Assembly: GCF_049317225.1 (NCBI RefSeq)
Contig: NZ_JBMOIR010000006.1
Span: forward strand, 44,406-108,405
Length of the DNA: 64,000 nucleotides
Source: Aquabacterium sp.
Lineage (GTDB): Bacteria > Pseudomonadota > Gammaproteobacteria > Burkholderiales > Burkholderiaceae_C
Direction: 5' to 3'
Shown one piece after another: positions 62,852 through 64,000 of this stretch (the stretch's first letter is position 1; every line of letters starts with the position of its first letter). The notes under the pieces were generated by a model that was given only the letters and a program-made list of their open reading frames with translations, was not told the DNA's origin and ran no database searches. Both the position numbers and the translations under genes were made by a program.

Positions 62852-64000
62852 ATGAGTGCGCCCACGGCAAACCACGCCGACGCTCCCCCCACGCTTGAGC
62901 ACGTTCGCTCAGGGCTGAAAGATGCGCTGACTGCGACCGTCACGTCTGTCTTGGTGGTGGCTGCTCTGGGCGGCATCTTCCTGAACATCGCACTGGCATT
63001 CATTCCGCATCAGTCGGACGAAGTGCGCATTGCGCGGATGGGGAGCGGCCTGCTGCTGACACTGATTGCCCTCGGGGCACTCGTGACCAAGCGATACCTG
63101 GGCATCCGGCGAGCCATCGCCTTCTTTGGCATTGCCGTGTATGTGCTGATCGTCGGCATCAGCATTTACTTGGGGTCAGGGGTCGGCTCCTCTGCGGCGG
63201 TCGTCCCAGCATGCCTCATCGTGGTCGCCGGCTTTGTACTGAGTGCCAGAGCCGCCATCTGGACCACACGTGTGGCCGTACTGGGAAGCCTGGCGCTGTT
63301 CGGGCTGGAATTCGGCGGGTGGATCAAAGGCATCAGCCAGGGGGCGGCGCCGCCGTCGCTGTCTTACGCAGTGGTTCAGGTCATCGTGTTCATGACCATC
63401 GGAACCGTGATTGCGCACTTCAGCCGGTTGTTCTGGAATGCGATGACCACGATTGAGCAAGCTCGCATGGAGCTTGAAAAAAAAGTGGAGATGCAGGATC
63501 AGACACAAGCCCGCTTGCTGGCCAGTGAGCGAGCCCTGATCGAACACAGAGAGCAACTGGAAGAGCTGGTGCTGGAACGCACCGAACGGTTGGCCCTGCA
63601 GCAGCAACACCTGCAAACCATCATCGAAGCCATGCCCCTGAGCATGAGCATCCGCGGACTGGACAATCGCTATCAGCTTTGCAACAGGGTGTTTGCGGGC
63701 TTGGCAGGGTCCAGCATGGACAAGCTGATTGGCCAGCGCGTGGAAGATGTGTTCGCACCCGCGGTGGCCGAGCAAATCATCAAGCACGATCACGAACTGC
63801 TGAGTGGCACCCCGCTGCTGCGTTACGAAATCGCCAATTTCTTGCCGGATGGTTCACGCAAAGATTACCTGACCACATCCATTACCCTGCCAGATCGCGA
63901 TGGCAACCCCGCTGCCATCATGTCACTGACCGTCGACATTTCCGAGCAAAACGCCCTGTTGCGAGAATTGGCAGCGTCCAAGGTCGAGGCGGAGCAACTG
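62852..64000 (+). CDS. Membrane sensor protein (about 5-6 TM, coiled coil, PAS), presumably a histidine kinase; 3' end is outside the window
   Basis: It is not in the ORF track because it has no stop codon. My own translation from the ATG at 62852 stays open for 383 codons to the window edge. A hydrophobic N-terminal half is followed by LQTIIEAMPLSMSIRGLDNRYQLCNRVFAGLAG... (PAS-like). Confidence 0.75.
   Translation, partial: MSAPTANHADAPPTLEHVRSGLKDALTATVTSVLVVAALGGIFLNIALAFIPHQSDEVRIARMGSGLLLTLIALGALVTKRYLGIRRAIAFFGIAVYVLIVGISIYLGSGVGSSAAVVPACLIVVAGFVLSARAAIWTTRVAVLGSLALFGLEFGGWIKGISQGAAPPSLSYAVVQVIVFMTIGTVIAHFSRLFWNAMTTIEQARMELEKKVEMQDQTQARLLASERALIEHREQLEELVLERTERLALQQQHLQTIIEAMPLSMSIRGLDNRYQLCNRVFAGLAGSSMDKLIGQRVEDVFAPAVAEQIIKHDHELLSGTPLLRYEIANFLPDGSRKDYLTTSITLPDRDGNPAAIMSLTVDISEQNALLRELAASKVEAEQL

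Noticed and set aside
61515-63793. Two minus-strand ORFs of 222 aa (61515-62183) and 205 aa (63176-63793) lie opposite the response regulator and the sensor.
   Set aside because: The plus-strand frames give a canonical REC domain and a TM/PAS sensor. The minus-strand products have no features and no plausible starts.

Overview
The window reads as high-GC betaproteobacterial chromosome, by gene order and porin type probably Burkholderiales/Comamonadaceae-like. It is densely packed with core genes: about 57 protein genes and one tRNA-Leu(CAA). All product calls come from motifs I recognise in the supplied translations; no searches were run.

Gene order, left to right:
- pilQPONM (type IV pilus assembly), divergent from mrcA (PBP1A)
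- cyaY / lptM / lysA
- three tandem porin paralogs
- ruvB, a tusA-like gene, cysM, tRNA-Leu
- an MCP with a sigma28-type promoter, then a rhomboid protease and a class V aminotransferase
- ribF-ileS-lspA
- a GGDEF(degenerate)-EAL protein, rsuA, a retropepsin-like protease, yajQ, murB, ppnP
- argG, a glycine-zipper lipoprotein, and an SOS-box-fronted PA0069-type radical SAM gene
- a hybrid kinase with an OmpR-type regulator
- an acs-like / yjcH / actP / acyl-CoA dehydrogenase cluster
- dnaE, a TetR regulator with two alpha/beta hydrolases, rlmJ, a LysR regulator, gluQ, a cupin, orn
- an M48 peptidase, rsgA, an AmpE/CobD-like protein, a CoA-pyrophosphatase Nudix protein
- rpsP-rimM-trmD-rplS, a DUF486 protein and a PurM-like protein
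- a response regulator with an unrecognised output domain, followed by a truncated membrane PAS sensor

I see no rRNA, CRISPR array, transposase, integrase, phage gene or recognisable defence gene. I cannot honestly point to a clear novel multi-gene system.

The most unusual items are:
1. argG carries Lys/Ala/Pro-rich histone-H1-like tails at both ends.
2. The REC-unknown-domain regulator plus membrane PAS sensor at the right edge is more AT-rich and is preceded by a GCCGATAA sigma28-like element.
3. A perfect LexA box abuts the start codon of the radical SAM (SplB-like) gene.
4. One alpha/beta hydrolase has its nucleophile Ser replaced by Ala.
5. A 20-nt promoter module, identical at 19 positions, sits upstream of both rpsP and rplS.

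Many long ORFs in the track are antisense mirror ORFs caused by GC3 codon bias and were rejected. Many track ORFs also carry spurious N-terminal extensions, which I trimmed to the most plausible start.
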